DNA of 64,000 nucleotides from Escherichia coli (GTDB lineage Bacteria; Pseudomonadota; Gammaproteobacteria; Enterobacterales; Enterobacteriaceae): NCBI RefSeq assembly GCF_029227855.1, contig NZ_CP074357.1; one strand, 5' to 3'. Shown piece by piece: positions 54,409 to 64,000 of this stretch (position 1 is its first letter; each line of letters starts with the position of its first letter). The notes under the pieces were generated by a model. It saw only the letters and a program-made list of their open reading frames with translations, ran no database searches and was not told where the DNA came from. The position numbers and the translations under genes were made by a program.

Positions 54409-55059
54409 ATGACAAAGTTGCAGCCGAATACAGTGATCCGTGCCGCCCTGGACCTGTTGAACGAGGTCGGCGTAGACGGTCTGACGACACGCAAACTGGC
54501 GGAACGGTTGGGGGTTCAGCAGCCGGCGCTTTACTGGCACTTCAGGAACAAGCGGGCGCTGCTCGACGCACTGGCCGAAGCCATGCTGGCGGAGAATCAT
54601 ACGCATTCGGTGCCGAGAGCCGACGACGACTGGCGCTCATTTCTGATCGGGAATGCCCGCAGCTTCAGGCAGGCGCTGCTCGCCTACCGCGATGGCGCGC
54701 GCATCCATGCCGGCACGCGACCGGGCGCACCGCAGATGGAAACGGCCGACGCGCAGCTTCGCTTCCTCTGCGAGGCGGGTTTTTCGGCCGGGGACGCCGT
54801 CAATGCGCTGATGACAATCAGCTACTTCACTGTTGGGGCCGTGCTTGAGGAGCAGGCCGGCGACAGCGATGCCGGCGAGCGCGGCGGCACCGTTGAACAG
54901 GCTCCGCTCTCGCCGCTGTTGCGGGCCGCGATAGACGCCTTCGACGAAGCCGGTCCGGACGCAGCGTTCGAGCAGGGACTCGCGGTGATTGTCGATGGAT
55001 TGGCGAAAAGGAGGCTCGTTGTCAGGAACGTTGAAGGACCGAGAAAGGGTGACGATTGA
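54409..55059 (+). CDS. tetR(A): tetracycline repressor TetR(A)
   Basis: 216 aa from MTKLQPNTVIRAALDLLNEVGVDGLTTRKLAERLGVQQPALYWHF..; divergent from tet(A). Confidence 0.9.
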   Translation: MTKLQPNTVIRAALDLLNEVGVDGLTTRKLAERLGVQQPALYWHFRNKRALLDALAEAMLAENHTHSVPRADDDWRSFLIGNARSFRQALLAYRDGARIHAGTRPGAPQMETADAQLRFLCEAGFSAGDAVNALMTISYFTVGAVLEEQAGDSDAGERGGTVEQAPLSPLLRAAIDAFDEAGPDAAFEQGLAVIVDGLAKRRLVVRNVEGPRKGDD

Positions 55060-55390
55060 TCAGGACCGCTGCCGGAGCGCAACCCACTCACTACAGCAGA
55101 GCCATGTAGACAACATCCCCTCCCCCTTTCCACCGCGTCAGACGCCCGTAGCAGCCCGCTACGGGCTTTTTCATGCCCTGCCCTAGCGTCCAAGCCTCAC
55201 GGCCGCGCTCGGCCTCTCTGGCGGCCTTCTGGCGCTCCTGCTGCGGCGTCCGCTCGTGGGCCGTGGCGCGGGTCCGCGCGCCGGCCTCGTGCGCCTGGCG
55301 CTCGCGGGCGAGGTCCAGGGCGGCCGTCTTCACGTTCTGCCTTGCGCAGATGAGATAGGGGAGCCCGCAGAATTCGGAAAAAATCGTACG

Positions 55391-56907
55391 CTAAGGTTTT
55401 CCGGGCATCCGTAAGGGCCGAAACTTCCCGTCTTCCAGTCTGCGGCTCTGCCGCCAGACGTAATCGCCGGTTAGGTTGATGTGCTCCCAGCCCAGCGGCG
55501 ACAGGAATTGCAGCAGCTCGCCGTCCACCGGCTTGCCGGCCTCGACCAACCCCTGGGTGGCGCGTTCCAGGTACACCGTGTTCCACAGCACGATAGCCGC
55601 CGTCACCAGGTTGAGGCCGCTGGCCCGGTAGCGCTGCTGCTCGAAGCTCCGATCCCTGATTTCCCCAAGGCGGTTGAAGAACACCGCCCTGGCCAGCGAG
55701 TTGCGCGCCTCACCTTTGTTCAGGCCGGCATGCACGCGGCGGCGCAGTTCAACACTTTGCAGCCAGTCCAGGATGAACAGCGTGCGCTCGATCCGGCCCA
55801 GCTCGCGCAGGGCCACGGCCAGTCCGTTCTGGCGCGGGTAGCTGCCGAGCTTGCGCAGCATCAGCGAGGCGGTGACGGTGCCCTGCTTGATCGAGCTGGC
55901 CAGGCGCAGGATGTCGTCCCAGTGGGCACGCACGTGCTTGATGTTCAGGGTGCCGCCGATCAGCGGGCGCAACGTCGGGTAGGCTTGCACGCCCTGCGGC
56001 ACGTACAGCTTGGTTTCGCCGAGGTCGCGGATGCGCGGCGCGAAGCGGAAGCCTAGCAGGTGCATCAGGGCAAAGACGTGATCGGTGAAGCCGGCCGTGT
56101 CGGTGTAGTGCTCCTCGATCCGCAGGTCGGACTCGTGGTACAGCAGGCCGTCGAGCACATAGGTGGAATCGCGGACGCCGACATTCACCACGCGGGTGCT
56201 GAACGGCGCGTACTGGTCGGAGATATGGGTATAGAACAGCCGTCCCGGCTCGCTACCGTACTTCGGGTTGACGTGCCCGGTGCTCTCGCCCCGGCCACCC
56301 GCGCGGAAGCGCTGGCCATCGGAGGATGAGGTCGTGCCGTCGCCCCAGTGGGCGGCAAAGGCGTGGCGATACTGGTGGTTGACCAGCTCGGCCAAGGCCG
56401 CCGAATAGGTTTCGTCGCGGATGTGCCAGGCTTGCAGCCAGGACAGCTTGGCGTAGGTCAGGCCGGGGCTCGACTCGGCCATCTTGGTCAGCCCGAGGTT
56501 GATCGCATCACCGAGGATTGCGGACAGCAGCAACGTCCTGTCTTTGGCCTCGGCCCCGTCCTTCAAGTGGGTGAAGTGGCGGCTGAAGCCCGTCCAGTCG
56601 TCCACGTCCATCAGCAGTTCGGTGATCTTGATGCGCGGCAGTAACTGGCTGGTTTGGTCGATCAGCGCCTGCGCCCGATCCGGCACCGCCGCATCCAGCG
56701 GGGTGATTTTCAGCCCTGACTCGGTGAGGATGGCATCGGGCAGCTCGTTGTCCTTGGCCAGGCGGGTGACGGTGGCCAACTGCTCGTCCAGCAGCTGCAA
56801 ACGCTCTTCCAGGTACTGGTCGCTGTTCGGGTTGATCGCCAGGGGCAGGGCCTGCTCGCGCTTGAGTGCGGCGAACTTCTCGGCCGGCAGCAGGTAGTCG
56901 TCGAAGT
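55391..56907 (-). pseudogene. tnpA: Tn1721 tnpA 3' part, 5' end removed by IS26
   Basis: Identical to 49903-51400 region; junction with IS26 IR at 56907/56908. Confidence 0.85.
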
Positions 56908-57727
56908 GGCACTGTTGCAAATAGTCGGTGGTGATAAACTTATCATCCCCTTTTGCTGATGGAGCTGCACATGAACCCATTCAAAGGCCGGCATTTTCAG
57001 CGTGACATCATTCTGTGGGCCGTACGCTGGTACTGCAAATACGGCATCAGTTACCGTGAGCTGCAGGAGATGCTGGCTGAACGCGGAGTGAATGTCGATC
57101 ACTCCACGATTTACCGCTGGGTTCAGCGTTATGCGCCTGAAATGGAAAAACGGCTGCGCTGGTACTGGCGTAACCCTTCCGATCTTTGCCCGTGGCACAT
57201 GGATGAAACCTACGTGAAGGTCAATGGCCGCTGGGCGTATCTGTACCGGGCCGTCGACAGCCGGGGCCGCACTGTCGATTTTTATCTCTCCTCCCGTCGT
57301 AACAGCAAAGCTGCATACCGGTTTCTGGGTAAAATCCTCAACAACGTGAAGAAGTGGCAGATCCCGCGATTCATCAACACGGATAAAGCGCCCGCCTATG
57401 GTCGCGCGCTTGCTCTGCTCAAACGCGAAGGCCGGTGCCCGTCTGACGTTGAACACCGACAGATTAAGTACCGGAACAACGTGATTGAATGCGATCATGG
57501 CAAACTGAAACGGATAATCGGCGCCACGCTGGGATTTAAATCCATGAAGACGGCTTACGCCACCATCAAAGGTATTGAGGTGATGCGTGCACTACGCAAA
57601 GGCCAGGCCTCAGCATTTTATTATGGTGATCCCCTGGGCGAAATGCGCCTGGTAAGCAGAGTTTTTGAAATGTAAGGCCTTTGAATAAGACAAAAGGCTG
57701 CCTCATCGCTAACTTTGCAACAGTGCC
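56908..57727 (+). mobile_element. IS26
   Basis: Both IRs present; no target duplication. Confidence 0.97.
56971..57675 (+). CDS. tnp26: IS26 transposase Tnp26 (G184 wild type)
   Basis: Identical to copy at 2409-3113. Confidence 0.95.
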   Translation: MNPFKGRHFQRDIILWAVRWYCKYGISYRELQEMLAERGVNVDHSTIYRWVQRYAPEMEKRLRWYWRNPSDLCPWHMDETYVKVNGRWAYLYRAVDSRGRTVDFYLSSRRNSKAAYRFLGKILNNVKKWQIPRFINTDKAPAYGRALALLKREGRCPSDVEHRQIKYRNNVIECDHGKLKRIIGATLGFKSMKTAYATIKGIEVMRALRKGQASAFYYGDPLGEMRLVSRVFEM

Positions 57728-57814
57728 GATTCAAGCAAGCCAACTTGTCGTCAAAATCGGTGTTGCAAAAACGGGAGTGACCATAGATTCCGTTTTCCAA
57801 GCGGACCCCGTGCT

Positions 57815-57985
57815 GTGTGGAAATCCGCCCACCTTGCCGGGCGCCGGTGCCGTGTGGAAATCCGCCCACCTTGCCGGGCGCCGGTGCCGTGTGGAAATCC
57901 ACCCACCTTGCCGGGCGCCGGTGCCGTGTGGGAATCCGCCCACCTTGCCGGGCGCCGGTGCTGTGTGGAAATTCGCCCATCTTCA
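57815..57985. repeat. iteron array: four 37-bp direct repeats plus one degenerate copy (IncN-type oriV)
   Basis: GTGTGGAAATCCGCCCACCTTGCCGGGCGCCGGTGCC tandemly at 57815, 57852, 57889, 57926 with point variants; downstream of rep as in IncN replicons. Confidence 0.8.
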
Positions 57986-58030
57986 TGACAAAAATTTGTC
58001 AAATGACAGGCTCATGTGTGCTGATTTATG

Positions 58031-58712
58031 TCAGACGGGATTTTGCTTATCAATTATTGAGAACAGAAATTTTCCTGAATCATCAATACTATACTTAGCA
58101 AGTAAAGGTGTTTTCTCATTTATCTGCTTGAGAGCAGGATCAAGGAAAGATCGTTTCAACTCTGCCAAGTTCTTCTGTTGGGATTCCGGCAAAAGGAAAC
58201 GGTCATTTAACCAAGCATGAGTAGTAACCCATAAGCCTGAAGATTTGAATTGAGCAAGACTTTCATAAAGGCGGATCGTCCGTGGATTTCGAAGACTGCC
58301 ACAATCGCGGAGCGAGTAGGTGGTGAACTGGTTCGTCAGGCCGTAAATGTACCGCAGGAGTTTATGGTTAAATTCGATTTCCCAGATACCACGAGCTGAT
58401 CGGCTGCCAGCCTCTGTTAGCCAGGGGCGCGCGACGCAGTCAAAACTCCCTTCTTTCGGGTAAAAGATTACCGCAGAACGGCTTAACTCAAACACGCCTT
58501 CTTTAACATCCTTGATAGCCTGGTTACGGCTTACCTGAAAAATTTGCTGATAGTCAGCCACCTTTACTTTGAAAGTAGAGTCACCGAGTACAGCCATCTC
58601 ATCATCATCTTCGCTTACTGAAGCTGTGAAATACGTCTGCATAAGACATAACCAGAGAACGCGCTTTGCTTTTAGCGAGAGGTAGTAAGCAGCTTCGGTA
58701 AGCTCGTTAGAC
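58031..58712 (-). pseudogene. repA: Rep_3-family replication initiator (IncN repA-like), 5' end and promoter replaced by IS26
   Basis: ..SNELTEAAYYLSLKAKRVLWLCLMQ.. is the conserved N-terminal Rep_3 motif; ORF only opens via a TTG inside the IS26 end. Confidence 0.7.
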
Positions 58713-59532
58713 GGCACTGTTGCAAAGTTAGCGATGAGGCAGCCTTTTGTCTTATTCAAAGGCCTTACATTTCAAAAACTCTGCTTACCAGGCGCATTTC
58801 GCCCAGGGGATCACCATAATAAAATGCTGAGGCCTGGCCTTTGCGTAGTGCACGCATCACCTCAATACCTTTGATGGTGGCGTAAGCCGTCTTCATGGAT
58901 TTAAATCCCAGCGTGGCGTTGATTATCCGTTTCAGTTTGCCATGATCGCATTCAATCACGTTGTTCCGGTACTTAATCTGTCGGTGTTCAACGTCAGACG
59001 GGCACCGGCCTTCGCGTTTGAGCAGAGCAAGCGCGCGACCATAGGCGGGCGCTTTATCCGTGTTGATGAATCGTGGGATCTGCCACTTCTTCACGTTGTT
59101 GAGGATTTTACCCAGAAACCGGTATGCAGCTTTGCTGTTACGACGGGAGGAGAGATAAAAATCGACAGTGCGGCCCCGGCTGTCGACGGCCCGGTACAGA
59201 TACGCCCAGCGGCCATTGACCTTCACGTAGGTTTCATCCATGTGCCACGGGCAAAGATCGGAAGGGTTACGCCAGTACCAGCGCAGCCGTTTTTCCATTT
59301 CAGGCGCATAACGCTGAACCCAGCGGTAAATCGTGGAGTGATCGACATTCACTCCGCGTTCAGCCAGCATCTCCTGCAGCTCACGGTAACTGATGCCGTA
59401 TTTGCAGTACCAGCGTACGGCCCACAGAATGATGTCACGCTGAAAATGCCGGCCTTTGAATGGGTTCATGTGCAGCTCCATCAGCAAAAGGGGATGATAA
59501 GTTTATCACCACCGACTATTTGCAACAGTGCC
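58713..59532 (-). mobile_element. IS26 variant (Tnp26 G184N), inverted relative to the other copies
   Basis: IRs at 58713 and 59519-59532; same two-nucleotide variant and synonymous change as the copy at 24675. Confidence 0.95.
58765..59469 (-). CDS. tnp26: IS26 transposase, G184N variant
   Basis: ..KRIINATLGF.. Confidence 0.95.
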   Translation of the reverse strand: MNPFKGRHFQRDIILWAVRWYCKYGISYRELQEMLAERGVNVDHSTIYRWVQRYAPEMEKRLRWYWRNPSDLCPWHMDETYVKVNGRWAYLYRAVDSRGRTVDFYLSSRRNSKAAYRFLGKILNNVKKWQIPRFINTDKAPAYGRALALLKREGRCPSDVEHRQIKYRNNVIECDHGKLKRIINATLGFKSMKTAYATIKGIEVMRALRKGQASAFYYGDPLGEMRLVSRVFEM

Positions 59533-59811
59533 GTCCTGCTTGCTTCGGGTGGCATCGGAATGCCGGCGCTGCAAGCAATGTTGTCCAGGCAGGTGGATGA
59601 GGAACGTCAGGGGCAGCTGCAAGGCTCACTGGCGGCGCTCACCAGCCTGACCTCGATCGTCGGACCCCTCCTCTTCACGGCGATCTATGCGGCTTCTATA
59701 ACAACGTGGAACGGGTGGGCATGGATTGCAGGCGCTGCCCTCTACTTGCTCTGCCTGCCGGCGCTGCGTCGCGGGCTTTGGAGAAATTCTTCAAATTCCC
59801 GTTGCACATAG
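59533..59811 (+). pseudogene. tet(A): tet(A) 3' fragment with variant end, joined to the floR module
   Basis: ..VLLASGGIGMPALQAMLSRQVDEERQGQ..ALRRGLW identical to the TetA C-terminus at 53104-53360, then RNSSNSRCT* instead of SGAGQRADR*. Confidence 0.8.
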
Positions 59812-60077
59812 CCCGGCAATTCCTTTCCCTGCTCTGCCATAAGCGCAGCGAATGCCGGGTAATACTCGTCAACGATCTGATAGAGAAGGGTTTGCTCGGG
59901 TCGGTGGCTCTGGTAACGACCAGTATCCCGATCCCGGCTGGCCGTCCTGGCCGCCACATGAGGCATGTTCCGCGTCCTTGCAATACTGTGTTTACATACA
60001 GTCTATCGCTTAGCGGAAAGTTCTTTTACCCTCAGCCGAAATGCCTGCCGTTGCTAGACATTGCCAGCCAGTGCCCG

Positions 60078-60383
60078 TCACTCCGCGGTCTTCACTGCGT
60101 GATCGAGTTGATCGACACCCGCCGTGACACGCTCCATGAAGTGCCTGCCTGCGTCTGTTAGCCGAACGCCCCGCGCATGGCGCTCAAATAGCAGGACACC
60201 AAGGTTATCCTCCAGCGCTTTCACACGCGCGCTGACGCTCGACTGGCTGATACCAAGTGCCTTGGCCGCATGCCGAAAATTCAGATGCTCGGCGACGGCG
60301 ATGAACTGAACAAGGGAAATGAGCGGTATCCTGCCAGACAGGATACCGACATTCACGAGGTTTCGATGGTTAGTGCGCCGCAT
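60078..60383 (-). pseudogene. LysR-family regulator, N-terminal HTH fragment (floR-associated)
   Basis: 101-aa ORF ..LVQFIAVAEHLNFRHAAKALGISQSSVSARVKALEDNLGVLLFERHARGVRLT.. Confidence 0.75.
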
Positions 60384-60410
60384 CGGAGCGGGCCTGCTAC
60401 CAGTCGTCGG

Positions 60411-61625
60411 TTAGACGACTGGCGACTTCTCGGTGGCAGCCCCACGGAGCCGAAGGAGCACCAGCCCCAACGAAACCAGTACCGCCATCGCCGTGGCGTA
60501 ACAGATCACGGGCCACGCTGTGTCACGGTTTAAAAGTGCCACCGCCAATGTCCCGACAATGCTGACTATCAGGCTTTGAACGCAGAAGTAGAACGCGACC
60601 GCTGATCCCGCGATGTCGTCGAACTCTGCCAAAGCGCCGTTCGCGGTAACGGACACCGTGAAGACAATACCGACCGCGACAACCCACATCGGTAGGATGA
60701 AGGTGAGGAATGACGGCGAGCCGTAAAGTTCGCCGATCCCCAACAGGACCGCTCCGCAAACAAGCAACGCCATCCCACGCGCCACGCATCCTGCGATGCC
60801 CCATCTGGCGACAAAGGACTTCGCGAAACGGGTTGTCACGATCATTACAAGCGCGACAGTGGCGAAGGCAAAGCTGAATCCGATCTCGGAATATTCCGCT
60901 TGGCCTATGAGCACACGGGGAGCCGTCGAGAAGAAGACGAAGTAGGTGCCCATACCGGCGCTAAAGCCGACAGTGTAAACCCAAAAAGCCGGACTCGCGA
61001 AGATCGGCAAGACAGATCGGCGCGTCTTGACTTGATCCAGAGGGCGGGTTTCGTGCCACCTGAAACCCGCATTTAGGAGTGCGAGCATCGCCAGTATAGC
61101 CAAAGTAATGAATATCGCCTGCCATCCCAAGAACTCGCCGATCAATGCTCCGGCGATAGGGCCGAGCGCAGGCACGAACGCCAGCACCGAACTGAAAAGG
61201 CCGTAGATGACGACACCCTCAGGACGGTTGGCATAAACGTCGCGAACCGTCGCGAACGTCGCCACCAGCATGGCCGACGCGCCCACTGCTTGAAGTAGAC
61301 GGAAAGCGACAAAGGCCGGTGCAGTTGAAGACCAAGCTGCTCCCAGAGACGCAATGACGAAAGCCGTTGCGCCCGCAAGTAGAATTGGCCGTCGCCCGAT
61401 TCTGTCTGAGAGCGGACCAAAAATCACCTGGCCCACGCCGAGCATCACCATATAGAGGCTCAACGTGAGTTGGATCATAGCGGGCGTCGTGTTCAGGATG
61501 CCGGGCATCGCTGGAACGACAGGGAGATAAATATCCATCGCCAGTGAAGCGAGGATGTCGAAAGGAGCCATCAGCAGCAGTGCTGCCGGCAGCGTATAGG
61601 CCCACGCGGGGCGTGTGGTGGTCAT
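60411..61625 (-). CDS. floR: florfenicol/chloramphenicol MFS exporter FloR
   Basis: 404 aa MTTTRPAWAYTLPAALLLMAPFDILASLAMDIYLPVVPAMPGILNTTPAMIQLTLSLYMVMLGVGQVIFGPLSDRIGRRP.. Confidence 0.95.
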   Translation of the reverse strand: MTTTRPAWAYTLPAALLLMAPFDILASLAMDIYLPVVPAMPGILNTTPAMIQLTLSLYMVMLGVGQVIFGPLSDRIGRRPILLAGATAFVIASLGAAWSSTAPAFVAFRLLQAVGASAMLVATFATVRDVYANRPEGVVIYGLFSSVLAFVPALGPIAGALIGEFLGWQAIFITLAILAMLALLNAGFRWHETRPLDQVKTRRSVLPIFASPAFWVYTVGFSAGMGTYFVFFSTAPRVLIGQAEYSEIGFSFAFATVALVMIVTTRFAKSFVARWGIAGCVARGMALLVCGAVLLGIGELYGSPSFLTFILPMWVVAVGIVFTVSVTANGALAEFDDIAGSAVAFYFCVQSLIVSIVGTLAVALLNRDTAWPVICYATAMAVLVSLGLVLLRLRGAATEKSPVV

Positions 61626-61841
61626 GACGAATCAACCCTCGATTAAGGAATACCGGGCGACGTCTGCTCGTCAGCAATCAGATGAGACTAGCCTTACAGA
61701 GCGCCGCAACAACAATACTGGTTGTTGCGGCTTACTTGTCTGCTGACTTGGAATTTCCCATCTGATTACTCCACGCTTACGAATATGAATTGCTACATTT
61801 TATCCGATTATCTTTTGCTTCGCAATGCGGCATGGGCGCAC

Positions 61842-62726
61842 TCAGCGTTCCAGCCCCCTCTGCCGCCCTAACTGCCACGACACCGACCCGCCCTGCACGA
61901 TGCCCATAACCTCGCGGCCGAGTTGGCGGTCGATGATCGGCCGCCACGGGACAAGGGTGAACTCATGGGATTTCTCGACCACGGCGAACTTGCCGCTCGA
62001 TAGATGCACGGTTCCGGTAAACTTGCCGCTGACGCTCTCGCCGTCCGTGGCGGCGCGGAACGGCAGGCCCTTACTCAAAGCCATATCCGATCCGACGCCG
62101 ACTACCTCGCGCTCCCGCAGGATGGCGAGAAGGTTGCGCCGGTAGAAGACGCGGCTGTCCCGGCTGCGGGTGGCGTCGCCCTGTTCGATATGGTGCTCGC
62201 GGCGCTGGTCCATGGCTTCGCGGACTTGTTGCCCGAAGCCGGTTGGCGCAAGGTCGGCCGTCTCGCCGTGGATCAGCCGCCGGTCCAGCCAGGTCGCGCC
62301 GTCCGATCCGATCTGTTTGTTCAGATCGACCGGGGAAAGGACGCGAACGCTGGCCTGACTGTCTCGGCCGGCGTCATGGGCGGCGGCACGGCTGACCAGA
62401 TCATCGGGGATGCGCCATTGGTCGGCGTCGATCCGCTCGACGATACCGGCCCGGCGTAGCGCCTCCAGCCGGCGCACATGGGCATCGACATAGCCCTCAT
62501 AGTCGCCGCCTGGAACGCGGCACGTATAGGAAGAATAAACGCCCTTTTCACCCAAGTCCAACAGCTTTGGACCGCAGTTGACTCTTTCGACACCCCTGCG
62601 ATGCAACCCAATCCGGCTGACGGGGAGCCAGCAACGCTGAAAATTTACCCTCCTCTTTCCCACTAGCGGCTCCTTTTCCGACAACCAGCACGGCGGATCC
62701 CTGCCGCGGCGCTGTGAACGCAGCAT
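61842..62726 (-). CDS. hypothetical protein between floR and ISCR2 (possible relaxase-like remnant)
   Basis: 294-aa ORF in GC-rich DNA; start 30 bp from ISCR2 transposase stop. Confidence 0.4.
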   Translation of the reverse strand: MLRSQRRGRDPPCWLSEKEPLVGKRRVNFQRCWLPVSRIGLHRRGVERVNCGPKLLDLGEKGVYSSYTCRVPGGDYEGYVDAHVRRLEALRRAGIVERIDADQWRIPDDLVSRAAAHDAGRDSQASVRVLSPVDLNKQIGSDGATWLDRRLIHGETADLAPTGFGQQVREAMDQRREHHIEQGDATRSRDSRVFYRRNLLAILREREVVGVGSDMALSKGLPFRAATDGESVSGKFTGTVHLSSGKFAVVEKSHEFTLVPWRPIIDRQLGREVMGIVQGGSVSWQLGRQRGLER

Positions 62727-62756
62727 TTTGATTGGTATCGTTGGCCTTCAGGCTCG

Positions 62757-64000
62757 TCAGTCAAACAGACCCAGGAGCAGCTCAGCCGGTGGCGCCCGGC
62801 TTTCGGGTAACGCCCTGGTCCCGCTGGTTTCGGCTTTGTGCTTCAGGTGATCAAGGATCTGCTTGATCACTATAGGGTCTTCAATGCAGGCGATGACTTT
62901 CATGGCGCCGCCGCAGCCGCTGCAGGTCTCGATGTCGATATTGAAAACACGCTTGAGCCGTTGCGCCCATGTCATCGACGCTCGCCGTTGTGCTGGTGTT
63001 GCCGGTTCATCAGCCACCCTGACCTTGTTGCCCCTGCCCCGTTTTGCCGGCGTGACCAACGCCCGGTGCCGACTGTTGGGTGCGAACACCCCGTGGAAGC
63101 GGGTTAGGTTGACTCTGGGCTTCGGTACCAGGGCGGCCAGCCTTGCAATGAAATCCAATGGTTCGAAAATGACGTGCGTGGTGCCGTCCCGGTACGGCGT
63201 CTTGAGCTGGTAGCGCACGTTGCCGCCTCGTGTTAACGACAGCCGCTTCTCGGATACCGCCGGGCGGCTGATGTACCGGCACAGCCGTTCGAGCTTCTTG
63301 CGTTCATCGGCCCTGGCCGCCACGCCGGCGTGCAGGCTGGACCCGGCTACCTTGCCAATCCCGTCACCGAACGGATCACCACTGGTCGGCAGAGTTTGCA
63401 AAGTGAACACCTTTCGCCCCGCCTGTGAACCGACAGCGATACGGTAAGTGATCGAGTGCCCCAGCAGGGGTGTCATCGGGTCGTCATCCACCGCATCCGA
63501 GGCCAGATAGCTGTTTTCGACATCCCGTTCCAGCAGGCCTTGCCGTTCCAGATAGCGACCCACCCGGTGGGCGATGGTGTGCGTCAGCTGGGTGAGCTCT
63601 GGGCTGGTCGGCGCCTTGACCCAGCGGAAACGCGCTGAGCCGTGGGATTGCTCGACATACACACCGTCGAGAAACAGCATGTGGAAGTGAACATTCAGAT
63701 TGAGCGCCGATCCAAAACGCTGGATCAGGGTGACCGCGCCCGTCTTGGCCACTTGGTGGGTATGGCCCGCTTTCTTGACCAGGTGCGTGGCAATGACGCG
63801 GTAAACGATGCCCAGCACCCACCCCATGATCTCGGGCCGGCTGGCAAACAGGAAACGCAGCTGAAACGGGAAGCTCAACACCCACTGACGCATGGGTTGT
63901 TCAGGCAGTACTTCATCAACCAGCAAGGCGGCACTTTCGGCCATCCGCCGCGCCCCACAGCTCGGGCAGAAACCGCGACGCTTACAGCTGAAAGCGACCA
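62757..64000 (-). CDS. ISCR2 rolling-circle (IS91-family) transposase, C-terminal part; N-terminus beyond window end
   Basis: ..RFHGVFAPNSRHRALVTP.. and ..ETCSGCGGAMKVIACIEDPIVIKQILDHL.. typical of ISCR transposases. Confidence 0.85.
   Translation of the reverse strand, partial: VAFSCKRRGFCPSCGARRMAESAALLVDEVLPEQPMRQWVLSFPFQLRFLFASRPEIMGWVLGIVYRVIATHLVKKAGHTHQVAKTGAVTLIQRFGSALNLNVHFHMLFLDGVYVEQSHGSARFRWVKAPTSPELTQLTHTIAHRVGRYLERQGLLERDVENSYLASDAVDDDPMTPLLGHSITYRIAVGSQAGRKVFTLQTLPTSGDPFGDGIGKVAGSSLHAGVAARADERKKLERLCRYISRPAVSEKRLSLTRGGNVRYQLKTPYRDGTTHVIFEPLDFIARLAALVPKPRVNLTRFHGVFAPNSRHRALVTPAKRGRGNKVRVADEPATPAQRRASMTWAQRLKRVFNIDIETCSGCGGAMKVIACIEDPIVIKQILDHLKHKAETSGTRALPESRAPPAELLLGLFD

Larger units (their letters stand above)
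49870..56907 (-). mobile_element. Tn1721 remnant: IRR-II, truncated tnpA', pecM, tet(A), tetR(A), IRR-I, tnpA 3' part (5' cut by IS26)
   Basis: 38-bp IR GGGGAGCCCGCAGAATTCGGAAAAAATCGTACGCTAAG at 49870-49907 and 55358-55395, each followed by identical tnpA 3' sequence. Confidence 0.85.

Noticed and set aside
57815-57985. Tandem 37-bp repeats considered as a CRISPR array
   Set aside because: Repeats are directly contiguous with no spacers and lie next to a Rep_3 initiator gene; they are plasmid iterons.

Overview
Mosaic multidrug-resistance region typical of an Enterobacteriaceae plasmid, assembled largely by IS26 (8 copies, 7 in direct orientation; two carry the Tnp26 G184N variant, one lacks its right IR). 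Modules in order: truncated class 1 integron (dfrA14-like, arr-2, truncated cmlA5) | IS26-mph(A)-mrx(A)-mphR(A)-IS6100 remnant | resolvase, ISKpn19-like transposase, qnrS1 and an IS2-like remnant | Tn2-type Tn3-family transposon (blaTEM-1) whose tnpA is split by a 2971-bp ISEcp1-blaCTX-M-55-wbuC unit (5-bp duplication TATGA) | ftsI-like PBP gene + blaLAP | aac(3)-II-tmrB | second truncated integron (aadA2, lnu(F); PcW+P2) | mef(B)-like fragment, SDR, sul3 | IS1 | ~12.4-kb AT-rich block of uncharacterised genes (Dcm-family methyltransferase operon, SNase-like nuclease, coiled-coil protein, small membrane proteins) | Tn1721 remnant with pecM-tet(A)-tetR(A) | IncN-type 37-bp iterons + 5'-truncated repA | tet(A) 3' fragment, truncated lysR, floR, ISCR2 (runs off window end). 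All calls are from reading the sequence and the ORF track, with allele names from memory and no database search. The uncharacterised block at 37.4-49.9 kb is the most likely place for an undescribed function, but nothing in it could be assigned to a named system from sequence alone.
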